Shown here: positions 1 through 8,134 of the stretch, in pieces
Position numbering within the stretch: position 1 is the stretch's first letter
Layout of the letters: every line of letters starts with the position of its first letter
Assembly: GCA_964541455.1 (NCBI GenBank)
Contig: CAZIPS010000005.1
Location: 1 to 59,468 of the forward strand
Direction: 5' to 3'
DNA from: an uncultured Candidatus Saccharibacteria bacterium
Lineage (GTDB): Bacteria; Patescibacteriota; Minisyncoccia; Phycocordibacterales; JAKFXT01
DNA length: 59,468 nt
Position numbers and translations under genes: made by a program
Notes under the pieces: model-generated
Told to the model about the DNA's origin: nothing
Database searches by the model: none
Seen by the model: only the letters and a program-made list of their open reading frames with translations

Positions 1-53
1 AGAGCAGCTCGCTGTTAACGAGTCGGTCGTAGGTTCGATCCCTACCCGCGGAG
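1..53 (+). tRNA. tRNA-Asn (anticodon GTT), 5' part cut off by the window edge
   Basis: Anticodon arm GCTCG-CTGTTAA-CGAGT (anticodon GTT). T arm GTAGG-TTCGATC-CCTAC at 29-45. Acceptor 3' strand CCGCGGA at 46-52 plus discriminator G53. No encoded CCA. Confidence 0.8.
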
Positions 54-101
54 CAGAAATGAAAAAACGCCATAGGGCGTTTTTTCATTTCTGCTCCGCG
101 G
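46..101. repeat. Perfect 26-bp inverted repeat with a 4-nt loop; it begins inside the tRNA acceptor 3' strand, and its inner A6CGCC/GGCGT6 part looks like a bidirectional terminator
   Basis: 46-71 CCGCGGAGCAGAAATGAAAAAACGCC is the exact reverse complement of 76-101. Confidence 0.75.
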
Positions 102-470
102 AGAAATGTGCCAATGCACATTTCGTGTAGGGATCGAAAACCTTGAGTATATCGCAGCGAGCCTCTGGGCGAAGCGAGATACGAAAGGTGTACCGTCCAT
201 GTAATGGAAGATCCCTTGGTGTAGGGATCGAACGAATTGCGGTCTACGAGCTCAGTATAACTTGTCGCAATCCGCGTTCTCAAAAGTAGATTTTGACGAA
301 AATCTATTTTTGAGAAAGATCGCCCTATACCACAAGAGTACTTTCATTTTCTAAAGCTGATTACAGCTAAGAAAATTAGATCGCCCGCGGAGCAAATGAT
401 TATGACTATATTTTGCAACGTATTTTTCTATACCCCCAATAGGACTTAGAACCTGTGATAGAATCTCAAA

Positions 471-941
471 ATGAAGTCAACAAAGAACAGCGAAAAAGCC
501 TTCCATTGGATCATAGAAATACTAAATCGTCATAATGTACCCTTTATAGTGCTCGGCGGTTTAGCGGCTCGTGCTTATGGTTCTACTCGTGAACTAAATG
601 ATATTGACCTAGTCATTCATCGTAATGATTTCGAAAAAATTCTACCTGAGGTAAAAGATTATCTTATTTTTGGCCCACAGATGAGCAAGGATGAGGAAAC
701 CGAAGGATACTCCATGGAACTTGAATACGAAGGACAGGATATTGATATCGGAGCCGAAGAAGATTGTAGAATTTTCAATAAAAAAACTAGAGAGTGGGAT
801 GTATTAAAAACCAACTTCGATGCAGACATGAAAGAGGTTTTTGGAATTACCGTTCCTTTGATGAAAAAAGAATCTATTATTGCTGAAAAGATGATGTTCG
901 ATCGCACAGTAGACCGTGAAGACATCGAACAAATGCAGTAG
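471..941 (+). CDS. Nucleotidyltransferase-fold (Pol-beta superfamily) protein
   Basis: 156-aa ORF. GGLAARAYGSTRELNDIDLVI fits the Gly-Ser...DxD NTase signature. Extended -10 TGaTAGAAT at 456-464 lies only 6 nt from the ATG, so the mRNA is probably leaderless. Confidence 0.6.
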   Translation: MKSTKNSEKAFHWIIEILNRHNVPFIVLGGLAARAYGSTRELNDIDLVIHRNDFEKILPEVKDYLIFGPQMSKDEETEGYSMELEYEGQDIDIGAEEDCRIFNKKTREWDVLKTNFDADMKEVFGITVPLMKKESIIAEKMMFDRTVDREDIEQMQ

Positions 942-1097
942 GTACAGAAAATTCTTTTACTAACATGTTCTAACATCGTCCAGTAAACGAAATGGGTTAA
1001 AACCTTCGCTCTAGACAAACTAAGTTTTTATTATATTATGTCATCGGATTTTGAGTTATCAACCGCAACCTAGTTTGGAAAATGGAGGTAGCAGAAT

Positions 1098-1370
1098 ATG
1101 TATACCCCAAAAAAAGAATCTCCCGCTGACCTTGACACAGTAGCATGGGACACTCTATTTTCGGCCAAACTGCCCGAGCGCCTTCGAAAAGAACTTGGAA
1201 ACTTGAAGACTGGACAGGATGGAATCATGTTTCGAGTGGGAGAAGGTTCCGTATTGTCAAACTGGAACAGTGCACTGAAGAAAGAGGGGTTCCCCTACCG
1301 GCTCCGAACGCCTACCAGAGGTATCGGCTTCCCCAATCAAAAGTATTATCTGCACAAGCTCATTCCATGA
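1098..1370 (+). CDS. Hypothetical protein (90 aa)
   Basis: GGAGG SD 8 nt upstream of the ATG and a hairpin terminator downstream. GC is visibly higher than in the neighbours. No recognisable domain. Confidence 0.5.
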   Translation: MYTPKKESPADLDTVAWDTLFSAKLPERLRKELGNLKTGQDGIMFRVGEGSVLSNWNSALKKEGFPYRLRTPTRGIGFPNQKYYLHKLIP

Positions 1371-1403
1371 GTGCTACTGGAGCTCTCTTCACTTCCGTAC
1401 TTC

Positions 1404-1444
1404 CGCCTGACAAAGCTATTCGCTGGTCAGGCGATTTATTTTTA
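1404..1444 (+). terminator. Intrinsic terminator candidate
   Basis: CGCCTGAC / GTCAGGCG stem (1404-1411 / 1426-1433) followed by ATTTATTTTT. Confidence 0.5.
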
Positions 1445-1503
1445 CTATCATAAAAACCCCACCCTTTTTCTTTTCACTACTACTTTTCTGCTATACTTCT
1501 TGT

Positions 1504-1950
1504 ATGAAACATATCTCTCTACACGCTTCATGGATTATTAAAGCACCCCTTCCTGAAGTGTTTGCTGTCATGACAGATTTTGAAAAATTCCCTGAATATT
1601 TTCCGAAAGTTGCAAGCGCTATAGAGATTACAAAACGAGAAGGAAATACTCTAGAAATACATGCCACCGTTAGATCGTTCGGTAGAGATTTCCCCGTCTA
1701 TATGAAAACACAGATTCTTCCACAAAAAGGCTATATTTCAGACAATCAGAGTCCTGTATTTGGAACCTCAGGTCATGAAGAGTTGCTCCTCTCTGAAATC
1801 CCTGAAGGCACCAACATTGATTACATCTACGAAGTAACTATTCACAAACGTTGGCTCCAGATTGTGGCGAAACCCCTAATCGGCTGGTACTCCATGAAAT
1901 TCTGGGAAAAGGCGGTCATCGATGAACTCCGAAAAAGAGTTGAGGAGTAG
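1504..1950 (+). CDS. SRPBCC (START/polyketide-cyclase-like) family protein
   Basis: 148-aa ORF. The N-terminus I.APLPEVFAVMTDFEKFPEYFP is typical of Polyketide_cyc2/SRPBCC proteins. Confidence 0.65.
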   Translation: MKHISLHASWIIKAPLPEVFAVMTDFEKFPEYFPKVASAIEITKREGNTLEIHATVRSFGRDFPVYMKTQILPQKGYISDNQSPVFGTSGHEELLLSEIPEGTNIDYIYEVTIHKRWLQIVAKPLIGWYSMKFWEKAVIDELRKRVEE

Positions 1951-1988
1951 CCTCTTCATCCTCTAAAAACCCTCGATTTTTGAGAATA

Positions 1989-2017
1989 TTGACAGAAGTT
2001 TGTTTATGATGTATCAT
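1989..2017 (+). promoter_or_regulatory. Sigma70-type promoter of high-GC cassette A
   Basis: TTGACA (1989-1994), 17-nt spacer, TATCAT (2012-2017), about 30 nt upstream of the ATG at 2047. Confidence 0.6.
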
Positions 2018-2046
2018 CATGTCAGTCAACTTAGGAGGAGAGCGAC

Positions 2047-2343
2047 ATGCTCCCGGAACGCTTGGATGCAACCGCGCTTGCATGCCTCACCGATGTGGAG
2101 TACAGGCGCTCCAGAGACAAGGAGGGGCGTGTACTCCCATTGGCACTCGACCCAACACGGATGCGGATACTGGCAGTATTTCATGGCTCGTATGTGCTGC
2201 GACACGATGCCATTAACGCGTTCAAGAAAAGGCATGAGGCGCGCCTCGCGGTGCTCACACAACCAGAAAGGGTGCTTGAGTGGTATGAGTTTTTAGTACC
2301 TCTCTATAACATGCCCCCAGGGCTTGAGGAAAAGAAGCCCTAG
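2047..2343 (+). CDS. Hypothetical protein (98 aa), high-GC cassette A
   Basis: AGGAGG SD 8 nt upstream. The ORF ends 17 nt before a GC-stem terminator. Chosen over the overlapping frames 2000-2296 and 2019-2216 on SD and terminator placement. Confidence 0.55.
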   Translation: MLPERLDATALACLTDVEYRRSRDKEGRVLPLALDPTRMRILAVFHGSYVLRHDAINAFKKRHEARLAVLTQPERVLEWYEFLVPLYNMPPGLEEKKP

Positions 2344-2359
2344 CCGTTCCATCACCCCA

Positions 2360-2387
2360 CCCCCGCTTCGGCCGGGGGTTTTGTTTT
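2360..2387 (+). terminator. Intrinsic terminator (CCCCCGC-TTCG-G(C)CGGGGG plus T-run)
   Basis: GC stem at 2360-2378 followed by TTTTGTTTT. Confidence 0.75.
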
Positions 2388-2637
2388 ATCTATGCGTGCA
2401 CCCTGCCCAACAACAGGGGCGGCGCATACCGCCTTTCATTTTTGAAATCCCTTTTTTAATGCGAATGGCTCTGGTCTCAGCTTTTTTACCCGAAGTAACC
2501 CAACAGATCCACTCATTACGGGCAAGCGGGGTAATACTTTCCCATAAAGCCTGCACTGAGGGAGTCCTCGCAATTGCACCCCTTAAATCATCTGGGAGCC
2601 TGTGAATTATTCCTCCTTTTATAGTTTTTTCTGGCAT
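2386..2637 (-). CDS. YdeI/OmpD-associated (OmdA) family protein
   Basis: 83-aa ORF. LPDDLRGAIARTPSVQALWESITPLARNEWICWVTSGKKAETRAIRIKKGISKM followed by a C-terminal RRPCCWAGCTHR tail is characteristic of this family. Confidence 0.7.
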   Translation of the reverse strand: MPEKTIKGGIIHRLPDDLRGAIARTPSVQALWESITPLARNEWICWVTSGKKAETRAIRIKKGISKMKGGMRRPCCWAGCTHR

Positions 2638-2666
2638 TACTTTAATTATAGAGTAGAATTAGGGAT

Positions 2667-3308
2667 ATGCACATTCTTACTCAAAGATTAAATCGTGTTG
2701 GCTTTCTTTTCACTTTTTTAATCTTTAGTGTCATTGTCTTTTTAGTTAACTTCCTTATGAACTGGTTTATGGGAGGTGCAATACAGTCTCATCTTCAATA
2801 CATACTCGAAAAGCCAGTTGCGATTACCGTAAGTGTTACTGTCTTATTTTTCTTTTTCTCTATCATACGCGCACGCCTTCATGACCTAAACCATTCAGGA
2901 TGGTGGGCTGGTATGTATGTCCCCATACTTTTCGGTATTTTAAATTATTATTATCTTCCTGCTGTTTGTACACTTATACTCTTTGTTTCCCTCACACCGC
3001 TCCTTTTTAAAAAAGGAAGTGATAATGCAAATACATATGGAGAGCCTCCTGTACTTTCTAAATTCTTAAAGGTTACCTTTTTTTGTATTGTCCTTATTCC
3101 CGTGATTTTTAGCTCAATATTCTTTTATTTTTACCCACCCAAAGAAATATCTCGAGGGGGAGGGATTTTTATTCCTAACGAACAATTTGAGGTCTGTCGA
3201 GGATTTTACTTAGAAACATTTAACGCTACAGCTGTTGATGGGGGTGCTGGCGGATACTGTTTTGGAAAAGTTGAAACAGTTACTGGCCCAGCTACTCTTA
3301 CCCAATAG
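2667..3308 (+). CDS. DUF805-family membrane protein with a long C-terminal extension
   Basis: Multi-TM ORF carrying the RARLHDLNHSGWW signature of DUF805 (YhaH-like). At 213 aa it is about 90 aa longer than typical family members. Confidence 0.65.
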   Translation: MHILTQRLNRVGFLFTFLIFSVIVFLVNFLMNWFMGGAIQSHLQYILEKPVAITVSVTVLFFFFSIIRARLHDLNHSGWWAGMYVPILFGILNYYYLPAVCTLILFVSLTPLLFKKGSDNANTYGEPPVLSKFLKVTFFCIVLIPVIFSSIFFYFYPPKEISRGGGIFIPNEQFEVCRGFYLETFNATAVDGGAGGYCFGKVETVTGPATLTQ

Positions 3309-3430
3309 GCGGAAACTATACGGCGCCCCAAACGCCCTACATTGCACCGGTCCCACAAAACGCCGGCGCAACGGGGATGTATGAACCCCCGCGGATCATC
3401 TACTACTTCCACTGACACAACCCGCAACAC

Positions 3431-3452
3431 CCCCCGCTTCGGCGGGGTTTTT
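3431..3452 (+). terminator. Intrinsic terminator CCCCGC-TTCG-GCGGGG plus T5
   Basis: Stem 3432-3437 / 3442-3447, UUCG-type loop, TTTTT at 3448-3452. Confidence 0.75.
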
Positions 3453-3517
3453 AAATAATTGACATATAAAAAATAATATATCATTATTATAAAAGACAAA
3501 TTGCCACGGGAGGCAGC

Positions 3518-4099
3518 GTGAGTACTATATTCTGGCTCAACATGATTGGCGCCATCATCGGCTGCGGTTCAGCGATCGTGTATGGTGTGCGGATCTGGCT
3601 GGGTAAGGAGAAGGCTAACCTGGCTACCTGGACTATCATCCTCACTCTGGATGGCGTAGGGCTGTACCTCGCCTTCGCAACAGGCAATGACGAAGCCTAT
3701 ATCCAGATCGGTTGGTGCCTGGCAGCGCTGATGATTGTCATTGGCGCATGGAAACAGAAGGGTGATTGGGTTTGGACGGAAAATGAAACCCAGACACTCA
3801 TCCTCTGCATCGCATCGGTTGTGGTGTGGCTTATGAGCGAAGCGGTAACCTTTTCTCTTTTGGGGTATATCGCTGCAACAGCATTCTCGGTATGGCCACA
3901 GGCAAAGGACTATATCCGCGACCAAGTGATGGCACGCAAGAGTGCCTGGATTTGGCAAGTAAGCATTATTGCCATTGTTTTCCCAATCGCCGCAAAACTT
4001 TTGCAAGGGAAGTATGGTGCTGAACACCTGCTTCTCTATGGGTGGTTTCTGGTTCTCAACGTGTGCATGGCAGCCCTGTGTATGCGCAAACCAGAATAA
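3518..4099 (+). CDS. Hypothetical 6-TM membrane protein, high-GC cassette C
   Basis: 193-aa ORF with a GTG start. GGGAGG SD 4 nt upstream, TTGACA at 3459-3464 and a terminator at 4119-4143. Hydrophobic segments throughout. No family recognised. Confidence 0.6.
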   Translation: MSTIFWLNMIGAIIGCGSAIVYGVRIWLGKEKANLATWTIILTLDGVGLYLAFATGNDEAYIQIGWCLAALMIVIGAWKQKGDWVWTENETQTLILCIASVVVWLMSEAVTFSLLGYIAATAFSVWPQAKDYIRDQVMARKSAWIWQVSIIAIVFPIAAKLLQGKYGAEHLLLYGWFLVLNVCMAALCMRKPE

Positions 4100-4118
4100 G
4101 GCACCCATCATTCCTGTA

Positions 4119-4143
4119 CCCCCCGCTTCGGCGGGGGTTTTTA
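4119..4143 (+). terminator. Intrinsic terminator CCCCCCGC-TTCG-GCGGGGG plus T5
   Basis: Same hairpin core as at 3431 and 8988. Confidence 0.8.
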
Positions 4144-4152
4144 TATTAGAAA

Positions 4153-4554
4153 CTATATAGTGCTCGCTTTTGAAAAAGTGCGCCAAAGAAGGTATGCAAC
4201 CAGTGCAGCAATTGAAATCGACATTACCTCGACAATTTCAAACTCAGCAACTCCACCAAAATAACGAAGACTTGAAGGAATAAAAGGCCAGAGCATGGTC
4301 CACACAAAAAGCCCCGTTTGAATTTTCCTACTCTTTGTAATAAATGGGTTGAAAAGGAGGGCAAAAGCAATAAAGAAATCAAGTACCCCCACAAGCGGAG
4401 TGAGCTGATAGGCAAAATTCTTAAAGAGCGGTACTAAGCTAATAATATCCATAAACTCTTGACTGTGCGCGAGTCCCTCAAAAAGCTTATTGCCAAACAT
4501 ATACGCCACATAGAGTGCGAGTACATACCAAAGGTACAATGTTATTTTTTGCAT
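4153..4554 (-). CDS. Hypothetical 4-TM membrane protein
   Basis: 133-aa hydrophobic ORF with backbone-like AT-rich composition. Confidence 0.5.
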   Translation of the reverse strand: MQKITLYLWYVLALYVAYMFGNKLFEGLAHSQEFMDIISLVPLFKNFAYQLTPLVGVLDFFIAFALLFNPFITKSRKIQTGLFVWTMLWPFIPSSLRYFGGVAEFEIVEVMSISIAALVAYLLWRTFSKASTI

Positions 4555-4601
4555 AGTATCAACATACTCTCTTTTCTTACATACACCAAGGATATATAAA
4601 C

Positions 4602-4627
4602 AAAAAACCCGCTTAGGCGGATTTTTT
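4602..4627 (-). terminator. Short hairpin with A6/T6 flanks downstream of the 4648 gene
   Basis: AAAAAACCCGC-TTAG-GCGGATTTTTT. Confidence 0.45.
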
Positions 4628-4647
4628 GCTTATGCCTTTTCTCCCTA

Positions 4648-4875
4648 CTACTGTGCATTTGGTCCGTCCGGTGCATTGCGCCCATCAGTAACCACAAAAC
4701 TCACACAGTCCCCTTGATTCTTAAACATGCCATTATATGATTCCCAACCTCCATCCTTACACTGATCTACATCAGTTGGATACTGCGAAGGGGGGCCAAC
4801 CGTTGCTCCTGCTACCCCTGCAAAGTTAGCAAGTACCGCAAAACTAATCGCCCCACTGATCAAATACTTCTTCAT
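4648..4875 (-). CDS. Small secreted Cys-containing protein
   Basis: Start moved to the MKKYLISGAISFAVLANFAGVAGA signal peptide (ATG at 4875). The mature part carries 2 Cys. Confidence 0.5.
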   Translation of the reverse strand: MKKYLISGAISFAVLANFAGVAGATVGPPSQYPTDVDQCKDGGWESYNGMFKNQGDCVSFVVTDGRNAPDGPNAQ

Positions 4876-4945
4876 ATGTAAAAACTTATTATTAATACAC
4901 GTATAATACATCCCAAACCCAAGTTAAGTTACACACTTATCAACT

Positions 4946-6319
4946 TCATGGAAGTGAGATGCCTTTAGCGATACGTACTCGATTAAATACGTATGGAACT
5001 ACCCCAACAAGAATACCACCTATACCAAAAACTGTTGTAAGCACATCAAAACTTTTGATACTATAAAGTCCAATAAAGAAAAGAAAACATGCACTCACCA
5101 AGGGCCAAATTACCTGTGTAAGTGCGAGCCAAAAAGATTTGTATATATTCCCCCGGTAATACCAAGCACAAGCAAACCCCGCAAGCCCCAAATAGAAGGA
5201 AATCTGAAAACCAATCGCACTAATAAAGTTCGAAAGAATCTGATTTACAGTGGGAATATACGAAGAAAGAAGTAGTAATGCCATACCAAACCCCCAAATA
5301 AAAAGTACTGCAACATAAGGGGTTTTCCAGGTGGGGTGCAGTTTTGCATAACGAGAATGAAGTACCCCATCACGTCCTTTGGCAAAAAGGGTGCGAGTAA
5401 ATTGCAAAATGGAAGTTTCAAGTGTCCCCACAGTACTTAAAAGCACCGCGATAATTGCAGCGTAGCCAAAAGTATTGCCATACAATTTTTCCGCTACTGC
5501 ATAAATCACATTAGTATTGTAGTGTTGAATTTCAGCATCAGTAAGTCCTAAAAGGACAATTACCATAAACAACACAAAAAAAGTAAGCAGGTATACCATG
5601 GCCCAAAGGGCTCCCCGCCCAGGAGTAATGCCTGGATCTTTTGTTTCCTCATTTAAATTCATAACAACATCCCACCCCCAATAGAAAAACATGGCAATAA
5701 GCGCCCCATTTACAAAAGTCTCTGGAGTAAAGCCGCCTAAAGAAAACCAACTCCATGAAAAAGGATGTGTGGCTGCATGTGGAAAAACGATAAGACTCGC
5801 AACTGCAATTACTGTAAGAATCATAATTTCAACAACTGTCATTGCCACCTGTACATAGCTTGTAAGCTTAATTCCCTTGAGCACCACAAAAGAAATGAAT
5901 GTAAGCAGTGTTGCAGCGATTATGGTAATAAAATGCACCTCGTTTATCCGCTCTGGCGCAAAAATTAAAAGGAGGGCATTGGCCGCGGGAATGGTTCCCG
6001 ACACCATAAAAAGACATGATGCAACAAGAAGCGCCCACCCCGCAAAAAACCCCCATGTTTTCCCAAATATCTGCCCTACCCATGCATACGCGGCTCCAGC
6101 ATGTGGATTCATTTTGTTAAGGTTGATAAACGCAAACGTGATACCAAACATAATGAGCCCACAATAGAGAATACTCGCCGTTGAAAATACCCCCACCGCC
6201 AAAATAATTGTTGAAGCGGTCACTTCAATACTAAAAGCAGGAGCCGTCCCTGCAATACCCATAATGATCGATTCCCAGATACCGAGTGCCCCACGCGTAA
6301 GAGAATGTTCTTTATGCAT
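4946..6319 (-). CDS. APC-superfamily amino acid/polyamine permease
   Basis: 457 aa with about 12 TM segments. The N-terminus GIWESIIMGIAGTAPAFS is typical of amino-acid permeases. Confidence 0.75.
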   Translation of the reverse strand: MHKEHSLTRGALGIWESIIMGIAGTAPAFSIEVTASTIILAVGVFSTASILYCGLIMFGITFAFINLNKMNPHAGAAYAWVGQIFGKTWGFFAGWALLVASCLFMVSGTIPAANALLLIFAPERINEVHFITIIAATLLTFISFVVLKGIKLTSYVQVAMTVVEIMILTVIAVASLIVFPHAATHPFSWSWFSLGGFTPETFVNGALIAMFFYWGWDVVMNLNEETKDPGITPGRGALWAMVYLLTFFVLFMVIVLLGLTDAEIQHYNTNVIYAVAEKLYGNTFGYAAIIAVLLSTVGTLETSILQFTRTLFAKGRDGVLHSRYAKLHPTWKTPYVAVLFIWGFGMALLLLSSYIPTVNQILSNFISAIGFQISFYLGLAGFACAWYYRGNIYKSFWLALTQVIWPLVSACFLFFIGLYSIKSFDVLTTVFGIGGILVGVVPYVFNRVRIAKGISLP

Positions 6320-6339
6320 AGTTAGCCTAAAAATAAGTA

Positions 6340-7395
6340 TTAATCGGGTGTTCCCTGACTCATTTCATCGTACACACTAAGAGAAATCTGTTGCAAAATT
6401 TCTTCTAGATCATTAAAATCCCTCCCCTCAGTCATAACACAGATAGTATAAGGATCTTTCCCACCTTTAACATATACAAGTCCACATTCGTGAAGTTGAT
6501 GTAACACTACCTCTGATGTTGAGGCACGTGTAAACGAACGTTCGCCAAACTTGTGCGCCACCACAACGTCTGAAGGAAGCTTTGCGATAAGACCTTTATT
6601 AAAACTTGCCTTAGTAAGAATACTAAGCGCTTCATTCGAATAAATACTGGTAAGATACGAAGTGTTATACAACATTCTAAAAACATTGGCATAACTTCTT
6701 GTCGTAACCAAGTTTTCGGTTTCACCAGACTCCTTTTTAAAACGTAGTCCGAGCGCCTCCATTATGCGATCCATGAACTGATTTGGATAATAATCAAAAA
6801 GTATCTGAGCTGCGGTATTATCAGAATTAACCACAGCACGCCTCATAAGCTCTTTGACCGTATACACTTTCCCTACTTCCAACTTCTCAGGCACATCATA
6901 GTATTGAGTACCGTAAAGATTAGGAGCTCCAGTGTAGCGAACTGTTTGATCAAGTATACGTGGTTCAACCTCAGCCAACTTAAACCCGCCAATTAAAAGC
7001 GGAAGTTTTAAAAGACTTGCAAGATAGTACACTTCACTGTCATTCACCTCAGCAAAACGATTCGTACTAAGATCACGAACAAAAACCGAAATGCGCATAG
7101 CTTTGTTGGAGTTAAGATAGCCTTGTGTCTGTACTTTGAGGCGATCACGCAATTTAGAAAGTATCTCCTCTTTTGCATCAGAATCTATACAATCAAGAGA
7201 TGGGCGTAAATAAGGAAGGTCTGTATCACATGTTGACGCTAAAGATGACGGGAAATAAAAATGTCCTATCAAAAAACCAGCAAATAGTGCAACAACAAAA
7301 AATGCTAACAATTGCTTTTTTGCATGCACCTGCTCCCATATTTTTTGCCACATATCGTCTACGAATTTTACCACATTATAGAACCCCCACGCCAA
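6340..7395 (-). CDS. Membrane-anchored serine hydrolase, class A beta-lactamase / PBP-like
   Basis: N-terminal TM. SxxK (SLLK), SDN (NSDNTAA) and KxG-like (HKFGE) motifs occur in the canonical order. Confidence 0.7.
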   Translation of the reverse strand: MAWGFYNVVKFVDDMWQKIWEQVHAKKQLLAFFVVALFAGFLIGHFYFPSSLASTCDTDLPYLRPSLDCIDSDAKEEILSKLRDRLKVQTQGYLNSNKAMRISVFVRDLSTNRFAEVNDSEVYYLASLLKLPLLIGGFKLAEVEPRILDQTVRYTGAPNLYGTQYYDVPEKLEVGKVYTVKELMRRAVVNSDNTAAQILFDYYPNQFMDRIMEALGLRFKKESGETENLVTTRSYANVFRMLYNTSYLTSIYSNEALSILTKASFNKGLIAKLPSDVVVAHKFGERSFTRASTSEVVLHQLHECGLVYVKGGKDPYTICVMTEGRDFNDLEEILQQISLSVYDEMSQGTPD

Positions 7396-7434
7396 ACCCT
7401 TGTTTAAGTAATCGCCTTCGCCTAGACTAACCCC

Positions 7435-8049
7435 ATGCTCAAAAAAGCCTTAAAAGAGCTTAGTACACACAAACGTTTCGCCTCCCTTATTAAAAAATAT
7501 GGGAGACCAAAACTCAAACGAGGAAATGACCCTTTTAAAGCCCTTGTACGCTCGATTGTTTACCAACAGCTTTCAACTAAAGCGGCAGCTACTATTTATA
7601 ATCGTTTCCTTGCTCTTTTTAATAATGACGGAAAACACCCAACCCCAGCACAAATTTTAAATACACCGATTACCACTCTTAAATCCTCCGGTCTCTCTGC
7701 GCAAAAATGTAGCTATCTCCACGATCTTGCACTCAAGTTTACTGACGGCACCATACATGCTTCGTCACTTAAAACCATGAACAATGAGGAAGTTGTTGCT
7801 CATTTGACACAAATCAGGGGAATTGGTGAATGGTCAGTCCATATGTTTCTTATCTTTACCTTAAATCGACTGAATGTACTTCCAACAGGAGATCTTGGAG
7901 TACGAAAAGGATTTCAAATCGTATACAAATTGAAAACGCTTCCTGATAAGAAAACAATGTTAAAAAAAGCTGCGCCATGGAGCAACGAAGCAAGCCTTGC
8001 TAGTTGGTATTTTTGGCGGGTTGCTGATGAGGTTAAGTTAAAAAAATAA
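7435..8049 (+). CDS. DNA-3-methyladenine glycosylase II family (HhH-GPD, AlkA-like)
   Basis: IRGIGEWSVHMFLIF...LPTGDLGVRKG is a helix-hairpin-helix followed by the catalytic Asp. Confidence 0.8.
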   Translation: MLKKALKELSTHKRFASLIKKYGRPKLKRGNDPFKALVRSIVYQQLSTKAAATIYNRFLALFNNDGKHPTPAQILNTPITTLKSSGLSAQKCSYLHDLALKFTDGTIHASSLKTMNNEEVVAHLTQIRGIGEWSVHMFLIFTLNRLNVLPTGDLGVRKGFQIVYKLKTLPDKKTMLKKAAPWSNEASLASWYFWRVADEVKLKK

Positions 8050-8058
8050 TTAAAGCTT

Positions 8059-8087
8059 TTGACATCAACAAAAAAACGATGTATTGT
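8059..8087 (+). promoter_or_regulatory. Sigma70-type promoter of high-GC cassette D
   Basis: TTGACA (8059-8064), 17-nt spacer, TATTGT (8082-8087). Confidence 0.55.
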
Positions 8088-8134
8088 ATTGCCGGGCATT
8101 TCGCCCATTTTGCTGTTCTTCCAAGGAGAGATTC

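Noticed and set aside
1145-1453. 102-aa ORF overlapping the 1098-1370 ORF in another frame
   Set aside because: It has no SD, it runs through the terminator hairpin at 1404-1433, and its composition is Arg/Ser-rich and random-looking.
2000-2296. Alternative overlapping frames in cassette A (2000-2296, 2019-2216, 2026-2262 minus) and 2324-2605 antisense to the YdeI-like gene
   Set aside because: The Cys/Arg/His-rich translations look random and have no SD. The frame 2047-2343 fits the SD and terminator, and the minus-strand YdeI frame has a clear family signature.
3206-3499. 97-aa minus-strand ORF spanning segment B and the cassette C promoter
   Set aside because: It crosses a terminator hairpin and a promoter, and it is non-protein-like.
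3569-4186. 205-aa minus-strand ORF antisense to the cassette C membrane protein
   Set aside because: It is a typical long shadow ORF of a high-GC gene. The plus-strand frame has the SD, the promoter, TM-helix periodicity and a terminator on its own strand.
5765-6167. Plus-strand ORFs antisense to the APC permease, and the minus-strand off-frame ORF 5868-6083
   Set aside because: They are shadow ORFs inside a well-supported 12-TM transporter gene.
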